DNA of 64,000 nt from the human T2T-CHM13v2.0 reference genome, Homo sapiens: assembly GCF_009914755.1 (NCBI RefSeq), contig NC_060926.1; one strand, 5' to 3'. A model generated the notes under the pieces. The model saw nothing but the letters and a program-made list of their open reading frames with translations, was not told the origin of the DNA and searched no databases. This document shows, piece by piece, positions 46,205 to 59,799 of this stretch (its first letter is position 1; each line of letters starts with the position of its first letter). Made by a program: the position numbers and the translations under genes.

Positions 46205-46420
46205 ACACTTATTGAATATGTAATTTGTGCCATCATTTTACCTATAAAATCTACATAGCTTACTGGAATCTGATTGTGTGGGTACCATTATTATCTTTAT
46301 TTCACAACTGAGAAAGTGGAGCCTGAGGAAGTAAGTTGCGCAAGAACAGCCCAGTGGTCAGTGACAGGGTGAGAACGCAGGCTGCCTCTCCAACCTCGGT
46401 CTTCCTTCTTCCATGCCCTT
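46205..46420 (-). mobile_element. MIR
   Basis: cacttattgaat...gtaccattattatctttatttcacaactgagaaagtggagcctgagg. Confidence 0.65.
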
Positions 46421-47468
46421 GGCCATTTCCATGCCTCTATTAATCTACTTAGTCCCTTTGAGTTTCTACCACAGTAGTCTCCAAACTATTTTTTATAAAA
46501 ATGTTTTAAGCAATTACTACTGTGCTGGTATTTTATGTATGTAATACTTTATATATACACCTGAAATAAAAATAATGACAGAAAGGTACAATTAGCAATA
46601 TTTAAAATTCCATGTTTCTTTTATAGCCTCTAATTTTGTTTGTTTCTGACCAAAAAATAACAATGACACAAAAATGACAGTTCAGTAAGAAAAGATGACT
46701 CAATATGCTTATATTTTCAAGGAATTCTGATTTAATAATTTTAATTAATGACTGTAATTCAGTGATTCACAAGTATGATCTATGATTGGATTTAGCAGCT
46801 ATCAGAACTGCAAATGATCCCTTGACAAAAAATACAAAACTCCTAAAGGAAAAAATGTATGATGATCTGTACTTACCAATGTGCAGGCTGAACTTTCAAA
46901 TTCATCCACTAATTATGCAAAGGAATTTTTGTTAAAATTTTGTTAGGGTTTCCTCTTGTTCTGAGGTCAATCAGTTGGTTTTGCAAACTAATCAGAAGTT
47001 TTCAAACATTTTAATACTATGTGGAAAATTCTTTTTCTACATGTCTTAAAGGTTCAGATACAAGGACTTTTAAAGGTTACTGCCCTTATGTAGATTTGGT
47101 AGAGGAAACACTAAAAATATGTGTTATCAAATGTTCTATATCATAAGTTTCTTTCGAAAATGGTGCCTTTTTTGTTTATTGTTAAAATGTCACCTTTATT
47201 TTGATAGGATGATTAATCATATTATTTTCAAAATTATCTGCTTACAGTTCACTGTTGGCAAATGCCTATTATCACAAAAAAGGTCAACAAATTAGGAATA
47301 TTTGTGTTTTGGGGAGAAAAAGCATAACACATATTTAAGGTCAACTTTTCTTTTAAACACTTTGCTAAAAAATTGTGAAATTTAAATTTTGTGGGAGTAG
47401 AAAACATTTTTTTGGTCACTCTGACTTTTTACAAAATATTATAAAGATCCTAATCATCAAAGGACTAG

Positions 47469-47823
47469 TGTATTAATCTGTTTTCACGCTGCTGATAAAG
47501 ACATACCCAAGACTGGGCAATGTATGAAAGAATGAAGTTTATTGGACTCACAGTTTCAGGTGGCTGAGGAGGCCTCACAATCATGGCGGAAGGCAAAAAG
47601 TACTTCTTACACAGTGGTGGCAAGAAAGAGACGCTTGTGCAGGGAAACTCCCGTTTTTAAAACCATCAGATCTCATGAGACCCATTCACTGTCATGAGAG
47701 CAGCACAGAAAAGACCTGCCCCCATAATTCAATCACCTCCCATTGGTTCCCTGCCACAACACCTGGGAATTATGGGAGCTACAAGATGAGATTTGGGTGG
47801 GGACACAGAGCCAAACCTTATCA
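47469..47823 (-). mobile_element. THE1A/B solo LTR
   Basis: THE1 similarity; TSD ACTAG at 47464-47468 and 47824-47828. Confidence 0.9.
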
Positions 47824-48509
47824 ACTAGTTAACCTAAAATTAACCAACTTATAAATATGCAAAGTGCTTGAAAGTGCAATAATACAATACAAAATTTAAA
47901 ATAAGCCTCACTGCATTGATTTTATATACTGTGTTACACCTTGCTTTGAACACCTTGGTTCAAAGACCTTCATGTTGCACAAATCCTGTGTAGAGACTTA
48001 CTGCTTTCTCACTAAATAAACATCTACTACCATCAGTTATTAAATACATGATGTCCTAACCGTGTGAAGTTAACAAACATATAACATGATCTTTCCTCTG
48101 AAAAAGCTTTCCCTTTACTATTTCATCTGCCTGACACACCTTTTCCCCTCATCACCTAAAGAATTTGCATCCATCCTTAAAGGTTCACTTCACCTTCCCT
48201 CCAAAGCTCCCCATGCTTGTTCCTCTGGATTAGGCATCCCAAGAGGCAACCAAGAGAACTTTGTACCCCGTAGAATTTTGCTAATTATTTCTTTGTAAAG
48301 TGTTTTAAAATGTTGAACTTGGCGAATGAGACATTTTTTTCTCCATAAAAAGACAAGCCTTACCAATTAGCTAACATTTCGTGTAATTACTAATGGCTTC
48401 AGGAATGGGCTACAAGAAGATATGCTTGAAAAAAATCAATGTACGTAATTGCATTTTTATAGAACTCTGGACTTATATCCTATATTATCTTGTGTTTACA
48501 TCAGACCAT

Positions 48510-48745
48510 ATAGCACGATAGGAACATGCAGCCATTCTGCCTGGATTCAAACCCAAAATTTGCTGCTTATTTACAGTGTGTCCTTGGGCATATTGTATAA
48601 AATATTTTTCCCACAATTTCCTCATTTGTAAAATGTGCATAGTAGTACTACTTATCACATAAGGATAAAATGGGTATTAAATGATCAATCATATGATGTG
48701 CCTAGAAAAGTGACAGATGAGAACTCAGTATCTTTTAGATATTCT
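48510..48745 (+). mobile_element. MIR
   Basis: ctgcctggattcaaaccc...gtgtccttgggca...tttcctcatttgtaaaatg. Confidence 0.72.
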
Positions 48746-51700
48746 TACAGCAGTTGTCATGCCATATAATTGTTTAGTTATATTTTGCTCTCATGAAACT
48801 CGGAGCTTTCTTCTCTATTTTCACAATGGTTGGATAATAGGTGCTTAACAGATGTTAAAGGAAGTGAGGGAACAATGGAGGGTGAAAAAGAAGTGAAGGA
48901 GGGAAGGGAGGAAAAAAAAGAATCTTACCATGGTGTTTCTTCTAACTCAAGAACTTGTGTCATGTTCTTCAGATATACCCTATTTCACTTTTATTTCTTT
49001 TCCTTTCTTTCCATTTATATTAACACCAAGCCATAGTACAGAATTGTTACTAAATATTTAAGAAATACATAAATTATGCAATTTTGTTTCTCCAAGTTAT
49101 TGCCAAATTCTATCCTCTTCCTTCTTTCCTGATAATGACATAGCCTTCCTTCTTTGCTACTACAATTTGATGACATGAATCTCATTAGACATTTCAAGTT
49201 ATCTTTCAATCAGTCCCTGACAGTGCATCTGACATAATTTAATATTCCCCGTTCTCAATTATCCCATTTTATTATGCCTTTTATTTCAGATAAACCTTCT
49301 CTTTTCCCCTCATGTTTTCTCTGGGTATCTCTGTAGCTTGCAGTAGGTAATCACTTATGTTCAACAGGCCTTTGTTTTCCAAGTAACTTCTCTCACTTCA
49401 TTAAAAATGTAGTAGAAGCTGTGTTCTGAGAAAAGTCACACTGATTAAGATGGATGTTATGGTTTTTTCAGAGTAATATTAACAACAAAAGTAAAAAATA
49501 CTGATTTTCCACCAAAATGACTGACTGGTTTGGCTTTCACATCTTTCCCTAGAGGAGTAGTACTTGAGTGGCTATCAATTGCTTCCTAAGGCATTCATTA
49601 AAAAAAAAGAAAAAAATACTTTATGTGTTTTCTAAAATGCATAAGATTTTCAGAACTTACAGTCATATCATTTACATTTGTCATTAACTTAAGGTATAAG
49701 TACATAGGTTTTAAGTTATTACAGACTATAAATCAGATGTTTTGCTTTTAGGTAGAAAAGCATTTTACTCAAATAATCCAATTGTTTGAAAATTAAAACT
49801 AAGTATTTTTAATACACAGTAAAAACATTGTATCTTAAATAGTAGATCAATTTAATATGCTATAAGGCTTTCAAAGATTGTTACTTAACTTTGCTAAAAC
49901 TATTGTGTATCTCATACTTTCCATATAAAACCTTTGCATACACATGACAAATATCATTCCTTTCTTCTTTTCCTTGCAGTTACTATAAATGGTATTACAC
50001 TGGCCAGTAGCGGGAAGACTAGATTTTTGTATATCGGTATCAGCCTTTGAAAAAATATCATATTCAATAATGGCATTAAATAATTTAATTAATTGAATTA
50101 ATTATAATGACTATGTCCATTGAAAAATAAATATAGATTAGCTTTATGAGATTATTTTAATTCTGTAAGAGGTAAAAATAATTTCTTTATACTTCATGCA
50201 GTTTATTTAGATTCCATTCAATAAAGATGGAATGTAGAGATATGGTGTTGGATGAGATAAAAGTAAGTAAAATTCCCAATCAATTATTTAGAATAAAATA
50301 TTCTTAATACTCCTGTCATAGTTGAGACACCATGTTGTACTGTTTTTTTATGCTGAATTTTCTGATTTGGAATGAATTCTAGGATTGGAAGGAACAAGCC
50401 AAAAGAAAATACCAGATACAAAAATTCATCTTTTGAGTAGAAGTAATATGGGCTAAATCATCTCAAAAACTTTTCTCCACGTGCTTACCCAACTGATTTT
50501 TATTCATTACTGAAATGGCTTCTTTGTAATAATTTTAGAGTATTTTATTAGGACAGAGATTATGATCTAGAAGGGTATGAAATTTAGATATAGTAAATAT
50601 AGATGATTTAATTCCTTTTGTATTCCTTAATAATATCTGTAGTGAACACAAAATAGTTTAAATGATATCTAAAATGAAAATTGAGATCAATTATTTTCTT
50701 AGGGAAGAATAAGATAAATGAATTGTAAAACATAATTACTTAATTCAATATTTTTGTAAAAGTTATATAATACATTCTAAACTTAAAGATATTTGTTTAT
50801 TCCTTCTTTTGAATAATATCAGTGAGTATTTCTTCCTTTTATTCAGATTGATGTGAAATTATATGAATAGAAGGTTGATAGAGAGCTAAAACCAAAGATT
50901 GATGGAAAGTTGAAACTAAAGGAAAAGCATGCATCTACCTTTTCAGGTGTGGTAGAATCTAGATCTCTTAGAAAAACTATGTTTTTTTGACTTATTTGAA
51001 TTAAATAAGGAATAGGATTGTCACATATAAATATTGAAGGTAACTTAATCATAGAATATATTTGACCAACAGGAAACCCCAGTGGATTGCCTCCAGTCTT
51101 TTCTGCCTTGAGCATAATAATGTAGAAAAATTACAGATTCTGAAGTCAGATAGATTAGAGTCTTGAGTCCAAGATTTTTTAAAGTTCTTTTACCTCCTGG
51201 TTGTGAATTTTGAGGCACAATATTTAATACCTGTAAAATTCAGCATTCTCTTTTAAAATGGGAATAATAATAATTAAATCACAGTATTAGCACTGGGAGT
51301 ATTTATTTGGAAATCAAAAAGGGTCAGTTACGTTTTTCTATTTTTGGTAGCTGAGAATGCTAGAGACAAGTCTTCTCATGATTTGTAGTTCTGTCTCTTT
51401 GGTTGATGGGTTAAATGATGCTTAATGAGATTGAATAATTCCATTGCAAATTGCTTTACCCAGTGTTTTGTGTGTTGCTGTCACTTTCAAGAACTAAGTG
51501 ACTACAATTCATTGCATCAGTTTGTAATTCCACAGTATGTATAGTGTTTATTTGACCTATCTTACTTGTAGCCTCTTAATTTTACTTCAACATATAGAAA
51601 TTACTAGGAATAAGCTTGTCACTGTTATTCATTCTTTTATACATTCAACCCATTAAAACTTCAATAGTGATGGCTTGGCTGTACTTCAAGATAGTCTTAA

Positions 51701-54608
51701 CTTCAAATTCACTGTAGTACCACATGTTAATTATAATTTTTAGATACCGTTGATGAAACTAGAAATTAAATGCAACATTTGTGGCAAGTGTTTCCGGCAT
51801 TCTGCTGTGGTTGCTATTGTGATCCGTGTAAGGTAAAACAACACCTCTTGTTATATAGATTTATAGCACCAGAAAATTATTAGCAATTCATTAAATTACA
51901 TTTAAATTGGATAACCATTGATGCACCATATAATCATGGTGACTTTTTTTCAACCATTTAGTATACTCAGGCATTTCATTCAATAAAGAAAATACTGTAA
52001 AAGAAGACAAGCTGCCTTGCATACCCTACTGTTATGACACTTGTGCATTCTATATATAAGGACAAAAACCTTAAATTTAATGATATAACAAAATTAAACT
52101 ATAAACTTCTGTAAAAGATTTACTAAGATGGTCATTTGTTGTTTATTTGACTACCCAGCATCCAAGAAATATTCTTTTGAAGGGAAATTGACAATGTAAG
52201 AAATGTGGTAAGAGGCAGGGCTGAAGAAATATCAGCAAATAGAAAATAATAAAGATTAAAGCATAATTTAACAGTGGAAAAAAAGTAGAATTTGTTTGTC
52301 CAAAAACAGTTTCTTTAGAAAAGCTAACAGCAAACCATACTTAGCGTTACTTTGCCTTACTGTTAGCATCTTCTTATAATTTCTACTTTTGCAATAACAT
52401 ATATACATACATGCATATATGTACATACACATATTATATTATATATACACACACACACAGAAACCATGTGTATATTTTTATTAGTTTAGAACTAATAAAA
52501 ATGTCATAAAGTTAGTCTAGGAAAATTCAATGGAAAAATCAATAGCTTCTTCTTTGCTGACAAAACAAAAACAAAAGTTAAAAGTGCAAATTAACAATAT
52601 CAACAAAAATATCCTATACACATAAAGATGTTTGTGTAATGTGAAAGAATAAATCTGCATAATAACAGTGAAGTGTGTAAATAAGTATGGACACACGTAT
52701 AAGGATATGCCAGGTTCTTTCATTGAAAGAGACACATTTCTTTATAAACTAATATATAGGTTTAATGAAATTCCAAGGAGATCCTAATAATGTTTCTGCT
52801 TTGAGTGTATTTGGTAAATAAAGTTATTCTAACCTTTATATCTCCTTAGATAATAGCAATTGATAAATAAAGCTGGAGGGAAAAGATTCATGAGAAAGAC
52901 TAGCCTACCGGTTATTAATCTATAAATTTACTATACAGTAAATATTGTAGAACTGAAGAAAGATTGATAACCCAATCAATGAAATAGAAGTTAGAGCCCT
53001 TAAACAGACTCTTAATTATGTACTATACAATATAAAATCCTTTATTTAAAAAGGGAACTCTTCTTGAGACTTCTTCAGTAAATCAAAGTCATCATTTTTT
53101 TCCCTTCAGCCTTTCCCCATTTTGACTTGCTGATTCTCAAATCCCTTTCTATCTAAATCTTGTATATCTTTTGACTTTGTATATCTAAAGTTTCATCTGT
53201 TTCAAAGAAACTTTATTCCACTGTTTGATGAGATTTTATTTTTAGATTTTTTTCATTATCACACAAGTAAAACACTATTCAGTGTAGGAAAGAGTAGACT
53301 TTAAAAGTACTTAGAAACACACCCTTAAAATAAGTAATGATAAAATATTAGTATGATAACCTTTCCAACTTTTGTATGCTATAGATAAGATGTACATTCA
53401 AACCCTTCTATTCATAATAATAGCATACTATAAATATTATAGAAGTTAATTCTTCTTTACTGAACAGCATAACTTGAAAATTATTTTAAATATTATTGTA
53501 TAAGCATTCTCATTCTTATTATCAATGTATTATACATATATTATAGTTAATGATATAGATGTATCACTGTTTGCTTGGACAGTCTTTTCCTATGAATATT
53601 TGGATGGTTTCTAAGTAATTGATCTTCTAAACAAGAATGCAGAAACATCCTTGCAGGTTTATTTTTTCACATTTGTCAGTTCTTTTCATTGAGATACATT
53701 TATAGGTGGTAAAATTTGCATTTTTAAAAAGCATTTAAATCATATTGATAAAGGATCTATAAGATGTTGACAATTCCTAGCTATATACTCTTTCCAGCAA
53801 TCCATCTGTGTCCACTTTCCCCCATTCTTACCACTTAAGTTTTAGAAGTTAGAGAAGATAAAATTATCCTGTCACTGTTTTAGTATATAAGTTTTAGGAC
53901 AGTTAAAATGTTTTATGTTATCATTAAGCATAAGGCTACCATTGACATTAATTTCTATATCTGTAATTCATATTTACATTATTTGACACAGGATTTTGGA
54001 CAGTCTTTTTCAAATTAGTATGGTTATCTGGTTTATTTGTTTTGACATTCAAACTAGTTGAACATTTTTTCTGTTTGTCTTGGAAAATTGAGTGCTTCTT
54101 GGAATGTATCGTGATTGTCTTAAAGGTATAATATATGACTAAGTGTGTTATTTTAGCTAACTAATTAAAATATATATTTGTAAAATGAGCCTTTATTTTC
54201 CCTACCATCTTCTTAACTGTTTTCTGGAACTTTTGGCATCTAGGATTTGCAACACACATTTTTATGATGTGTGAGATTGTGGGGAGCTAGCATACTACTG
54301 TGCCTAAATTACTTTACTTGGGTCCCCAATTACACTGAACTAGCCATGCCTTTTCCGTATTTTCTGTATTCCCTGGAATTTGTGTATCTGATTATAGGAA
54401 AATGGTGGTGAGTTTGTGATGAAATGACATAGAATAACAAGGAGTAGAACTAGTCTATTGTACTTCTTAGATAGGCTCATAGAGTTTGAATCACACTGCT
54501 GTCAATGTCTTAGTTCCTAAAAGCCACAGAACTCAGGATCACTTGGCAGATAGATGATGGAGCCTTTTCACAATTCTTGACTACTTCATGAAGCAAAGCT
54601 ATGGCTTG

Positions 54609-54645
54609 ACTGAATAGAATTCTCAACTGAATAGAATTCTCAACT
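54609..54645. repeat. Perfect 17-bp tandem duplication
   Basis: actgaatagaattctca x2, followed by act. Confidence 0.9.
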
Positions 54646-55065
54646 CAGCCAAATTGGGAATTTGTTTGTCTGTTGGTATTTTTTAATGTGTTTGCATGCT
54701 TTAGTCTCTGGTTGTATCTTTGTGGATGATACATATATCCTAATACTTAGTTATAATTTCATAACAAATGCCTCAACCCAAGATTTTAATTTTACATGCA
54801 TTTGATAAAATTTTAAAGGATATTTAAGAGTATTATTAAATAAGAATCTTCTGTATTTCTGATATATTAACATTGAAATCACTTGATGTGAAATCTTGAA
54901 TAATTTTACTATTTACTATAGTATCTGTGAAAAAAATCATTTTTGTGAAAAATGTATGTATGTGTGTATATATTTGTGTGTGTGTGCACGCATGTGTATG
55001 TGTTGAATGATTTTATTGCATTCAATACTATATTTGGCCCAAATCTTTACTATTGAATGTAATAC

Positions 55066-55790
55066 AATCAATCATTCAACACGTAAGTACTGAATGCCTA
55101 ACGTGTAGCAGGGACTATTCTATGGATACAATTTTTTTTTAAAGACTAAAGTCTCTGCCTTTGGGGAGACTTTTAGTAGAAGGAGAAAGATAAAATAAGA
55201 AAAATAATGAGTATGTTAGATGACACATGTTGTGGAGAAGAAATCAGGAATCAGGGAAATAATGTAAGAAATCTTTTGCTGGTGGGGAAAAATGATGTTG
55301 TGATTCTAATTAAGATACAGCTAGAACCAAGGTCTAAATAAGGTTTGGTGGGGAGCCTTCCCAATATCTGGGGGAAGAGTGTTCCAGAGAGAGAAAACTG
55401 CAAGTACAAAAACTCAGGAGTAGTAATGTGCCTGGTATGTGTTTGAGGATCAAGCAAGGAGCAGCAGGAGTGGATGAGTGAGGAAAGAGGGGTTGGAAAA
55501 TATAAAATGAGGCCAGAGAGTGTTGGTGGGTAGGAAGAGTGGGACAAATTCTGTAGTCTGGTAGACTATTTGGATGACTGGCATTTACTCAGGGTGGTAT
55601 GGGAAGATATTGGAGGGCTTCGAGCAAAGAGGTACATTATCTGCATTACCTTTTATCACACTAGTGGGCGGGGAGAGGGGAAGGCAATGGTGGAAGCAGA
55701 AAAATCCACTGTGGCTATTCTGATCCATCTATGCAAAAGATGACAATGGATGGGACCAGAATGATAGCAAAGAGGAAGATGTGGTTAGAG
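55066..55790 (-). mobile_element. L2a fragment
   Basis: caatcattcaacac...tactgaatgccta...tatctggggaagagtgttccagagagagaaaactgcaagtacaaa. Confidence 0.75.
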
Positions 55791-55994
55791 AAAATTAAAC
55801 ACACAAAAGAAAAGAATGTGGAGAAGAGAAGATGATCAGGGACTTGGAAAATGTGGAATTGCCCCAAAAACAAATCTTACTCAAACTTAACTCTATGCCT
55901 TTTCCTACTAATTCAGCCTTCAAAGAAGCGACAAATTACTCAGTCACTCACAAAACAAAAATAAATAAAACGTATGAAATTTAATACATTTTGC

Positions 55995-56634
55995 TCTTAA
56001 CAGCTGTATGGAGGTGTAATTGATTTGGTTTATTTTTGGAATTGCACTTGTTTAATGTATACAATTTGATGAATTTGGACATATGCATAAACCTATGCAT
56101 AATATCACCACAATCAAGGTAATAAATATATTCACCACCTCCAAAAGTTTCCGTGTGTGTGTATTTTAGTGGTAAGAACAATCAACATGAGATCTAGTCT
56201 CTCAACCTAATTTTAAGTGCACAATACTATGTTGTTAACTTTAGGCACTCTTGTACAGCAGAGCTCTAGCCCTTATTCATCTTACATAATGGAAACTTTA
56301 TATTCATTGACTAACTCTCTATTTCCCTCTTCCGCAGGTCCTAGCAACCACTATTTTGTTTTCTTCTTTTGTGACTTTGACTATTTTAGATACCTCATCT
56401 AAGTGGAATCACACAGTATTTGCCTTTCTGAGGTTGGATTATTTCACTTAGCACAATGTCTTCCAGGTTCACCCATGTTGTCCCAAATAGAATTTCCTTC
56501 TTTTTATGGCTAAAAACTGTTGCATTGTATGTATATACCATATGATCCAGCACTCCCATGTTCATTACAGCATTATTCATAACAGCCGAGATGTAGAAAC
56601 AACTCAAATGCCCATCAGCAGATAAATGGATAAA
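55995..56634 (-). mobile_element. L1MA10/L1MB-type 3' end with a terminal inverted segment (56539-56634 is L1 sense)
   Basis: Antisense 3'UTR up to ...gtatataccata; the next segment is the reverse complement of the expected continuation. Confidence 0.78.
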
Positions 56635-57183
56635 CACACTTTTATTTCTTACTTTGGCATTGTATATTGACATTGTAAATAGATCTTGTCAATTAATATT
56701 TTATGTATATGGTATAAAGAGGTCCTGGATTTTTAGTGCCATAGTTAGAAATTTGAGGTCCATCTGAAATCAACTAAAAATGCAAAGATTTCTGGTAATA
56801 ACATGTCTTTCAAGTTAATTTAAGTCTATGAGTCTTTACTTAAATGGCTCTGTGTTCAGAGATGATGAACTTACAGCAGATTTGATTCCAAAATAAACCT
56901 AGGAGACTGTAACAGATGCCATTGATACCTCTCCCCCTAACCTCACGTTTATCTGCAGCTGTACTGCAATTCCTGGGTCCCTTATCTACTTCCCACCTCA
57001 AGGGTTTTCATCTGCATCTCTCTGTTTCTCTGCCTAAGGCAATGCCACAGCTTACTAGGCTCAAGTTTGAGGAAGTTAATGTCCCTGGGGACAGGTAGAA
57101 GTCACTGGATAAATAGCTCAGCATTGTTGTCCCTCAGTAGGACAGTTGTGAAGCATGTTTTATATGATTCTTCAGGGAGTCTT

Positions 57184-58196
57184 TGTATTAGTTTGTTCTC
57201 ACTTTGCTATAAAGAACTACCTGAGTTTCCAGTTTTTCTGCTCTGTTTTTTCCCCATCTTTGTGGTTTTATCTACTTTTGGTCTTTGATGATGGTGATGT
57301 ACAGATGGGTTTTTGGTGTGGATGTCAGTTTTCCTTCTAACAGACAGGACCCTCAGCTGCAGGTCTGTTGGAGTTTGCTAGAGGTCCAACAATGATAGAC
57401 TGGATTAAGAAAATGTGGCACATATGCACCATGGAATACTATGCAGCCATAAAAAATGATGAGTTCATGTCCTTTGTAGGGACATGGATGAAATTGGAAA
57501 TCATCCTTCTCAGTAAACTATCGCAAGGACAAAAAACCAAACACCGCATGTTCTCACTCATAGGTGGGAATTGAACAATGAGAACACATGGACACAGGAA
57601 GGGGAACATCACACTCTGGGGACTGTTGTGGGGTGGGGGGAGGGGGGAGGGGGGAGGGATAGCATTAGGAGATATACCTAATGCTAAATGACGAGTTAAT
57701 GGGTGCAGCACACCAGCATGGCACATGTATACATATGTAACTAACCTGCACATTGTGCACATGTACCCTAAAACTTAAAGTATAATAATAATAAAATAAA
57801 ATAAAATAAACATGAAAAAAAAAAAGAAAAAATAAAAAGAGCTACCTGAGACTGGAAGACCTTTACGAAGAAAACAGGTTTAATTGACTCACAGTTTTAC
57901 AGGCTCTATAGGAAGCACAGCTGGGGAGGTCTCAGGAAACTAACAATCATGACAGAAGGCAAAGAGGAAGCAGGCATATCTTCACAGTGGTGCAGCAGGA
58001 GAGAGAGAGAACCAAGGGGGGAAGTGCTACACACTTTTAAACAACCAGATCTCATGAGAACTCATTCACTATCACTAGAACCAAGGGGGAAATCTGCCCC
58101 CATGATCCAGTCACCTCCCACCAGGCCCCTCCTCCAACACTGAGAATTACAATTCAACATGAGATCTGGGTGAGGACACAGAGACAAATCATGTCA
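57184..58196 (-). mobile_element. MSTA-type solo LTR, interrupted by L1
   Basis: MST similarity; TSD GTCTT at 57179-57183 and 58197-58201. Confidence 0.87.
57226..57835 (+). mobile_element. L1PA3-like insertion with 5' inversion: antisense 5'UTR-end/ORF1-start piece (57226-57388) plus sense ORF2-end/3'UTR/poly(A) (57384-57835)
   Basis: TSD aaaga(a/g)ctacctgag at 57211-57225 and 57836-57850; 3'UTR gcattaggagatatacctaatgctaaatgacgag; ORF1 ATG on the minus strand at 57255-57257. Confidence 0.92.
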
Positions 58197-59799
58197 GTCT
58201 TCAATAAGTCCAAGTTCCAGTTGCTCATAGTGTTCCCATAGCATACCCTTTACTGGCTTTTGCCCTTCTTTATTTCCCTTTTCCCCTCCCTTGCATGCAC
58301 TTTCTGGTTCACCTCCCAAATAAATGAACTTCAAAGTATTTGTCTTAGGGTACACTTGGGGGTCCCACATCAAGCCAGGCAGAGACACTTTAATGAAGTT
58401 GCTCATGTCTGGTTGACAAAACAAAAGGTTCAAGAATGTTCCTCAGGAATTAAGCAAAGGTGATTGGTAGCTCCATCTACTTTGTTTTACCCCTCTTTGA
58501 TCTTATTGGTCTCACTGTGACCAGCATTAAAGAAACAAAGGGTCTTGAGCTGGTACAGCTCAAAATGGTGAATCTGTTGCTGTTTCCATAATTAATCATT
58601 TTTGTCAATAGTTATAAGTGAACAGAGCCATGAAATGCAGAATGCATAATAGGAAGCTGAAAATTTATGGGCATATTGAAGACATGTAACAATTGCCTGT
58701 ATGAATAACAAAGGAGCAGGAATACAGCTTCTCGGAGGCTAGGATCTGAGTTTCTGACATCTAGAATAAAGTTAGGAAGAACTTAAGTGCTACAATAACA
58801 AAAGATGCCACTGGATTTACAGTTTGGCTGAATTCTAGGGAAATCACGTGTTGTAAGGCCTTGGTAAAGATCAGATTCAGAAATTATTTTTAAAAAGAAG
58901 AATTTGGAAAAGATAAAGTAAAACCCCAAATTCTATATTAATTTTTGATGTAGATTTACTTTGGAGGCATACCAAGTGTTTCTGGCTTGGAAAAGTTTAG
59001 GTGCAAAGACTATGGATGAGCAAATGTTCAGTGGTCCTTTTCTTTCCCTCTTATGGCATAATCTAAGCCTCAGGAACAGAAATATCCATAATCCATAAAA
59101 TGCTTTTTTTATGTTATACAAAGAATCAGAAAGACACGACTTGTTTAGAAATTCAAAAGACTGTTAACAGAGAACACACACATCTCCTCTGACATGAAAA
59201 TTTTCAGATAAATCAGGCAGCAGAGAAAGACAAAGTCAGAAAATGTTTATTGTTTTCCTGCAATTATTGGAAACATGAAATATTTTTGGTCAAAGCAGAG
59301 GGAACCAAATTAAGGTAATAATGTGTAATAACTAATAAACCGATAAAGTAGGTGACAACTGCAGCAAATGCATGATCACTTATTTTTCCCCAAGATTACT
59401 GTCATTATTCTTATGGGTATGTGGGTGTGGGCAAGGGGAAATAAGGCCCATGTAAATAAAATGTAATTCTTTGCTTGAGAAATTTATAGTTTTGTGGTTG
59501 AAAAACATATATAAACATGTTATTTCAGTACAGTGTGAAAAGGGCACTGGGTTTTTGGCAGAGTTAGATGCAGAGAAGTGGCATGATCTGATTATAGTTT
59601 CGAAGAATTACTGTGGCTTTCTTGCTGAGAAGAGACTGAGAGGGGGCTGGAAGACAATAATCCAGGCAGAAGAGTTTGGTGGACTAGGGACAAGATGGTA
59701 GCAGTGAGCTGATGAGAACATGACACAAAAAGATTATATTCAACCATTTATTCATGCCTTCATGCATCCATCCATTCACTCATTTAGACATAGGTCCAG

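Larger units (their letters stand above)
56908..58385 (+). mobile_element. LTR16-family ERVL LTR, interrupted
   Basis: tgtaacagatgcc...ggaagttaatgtccctgggg...cacctcccaaataaa. Confidence 0.65.

Noticed and set aside
57630-57658. G-quadruplex-like G-tract
   Set aside because: Standard feature of L1 3'UTRs; not specific to this locus.
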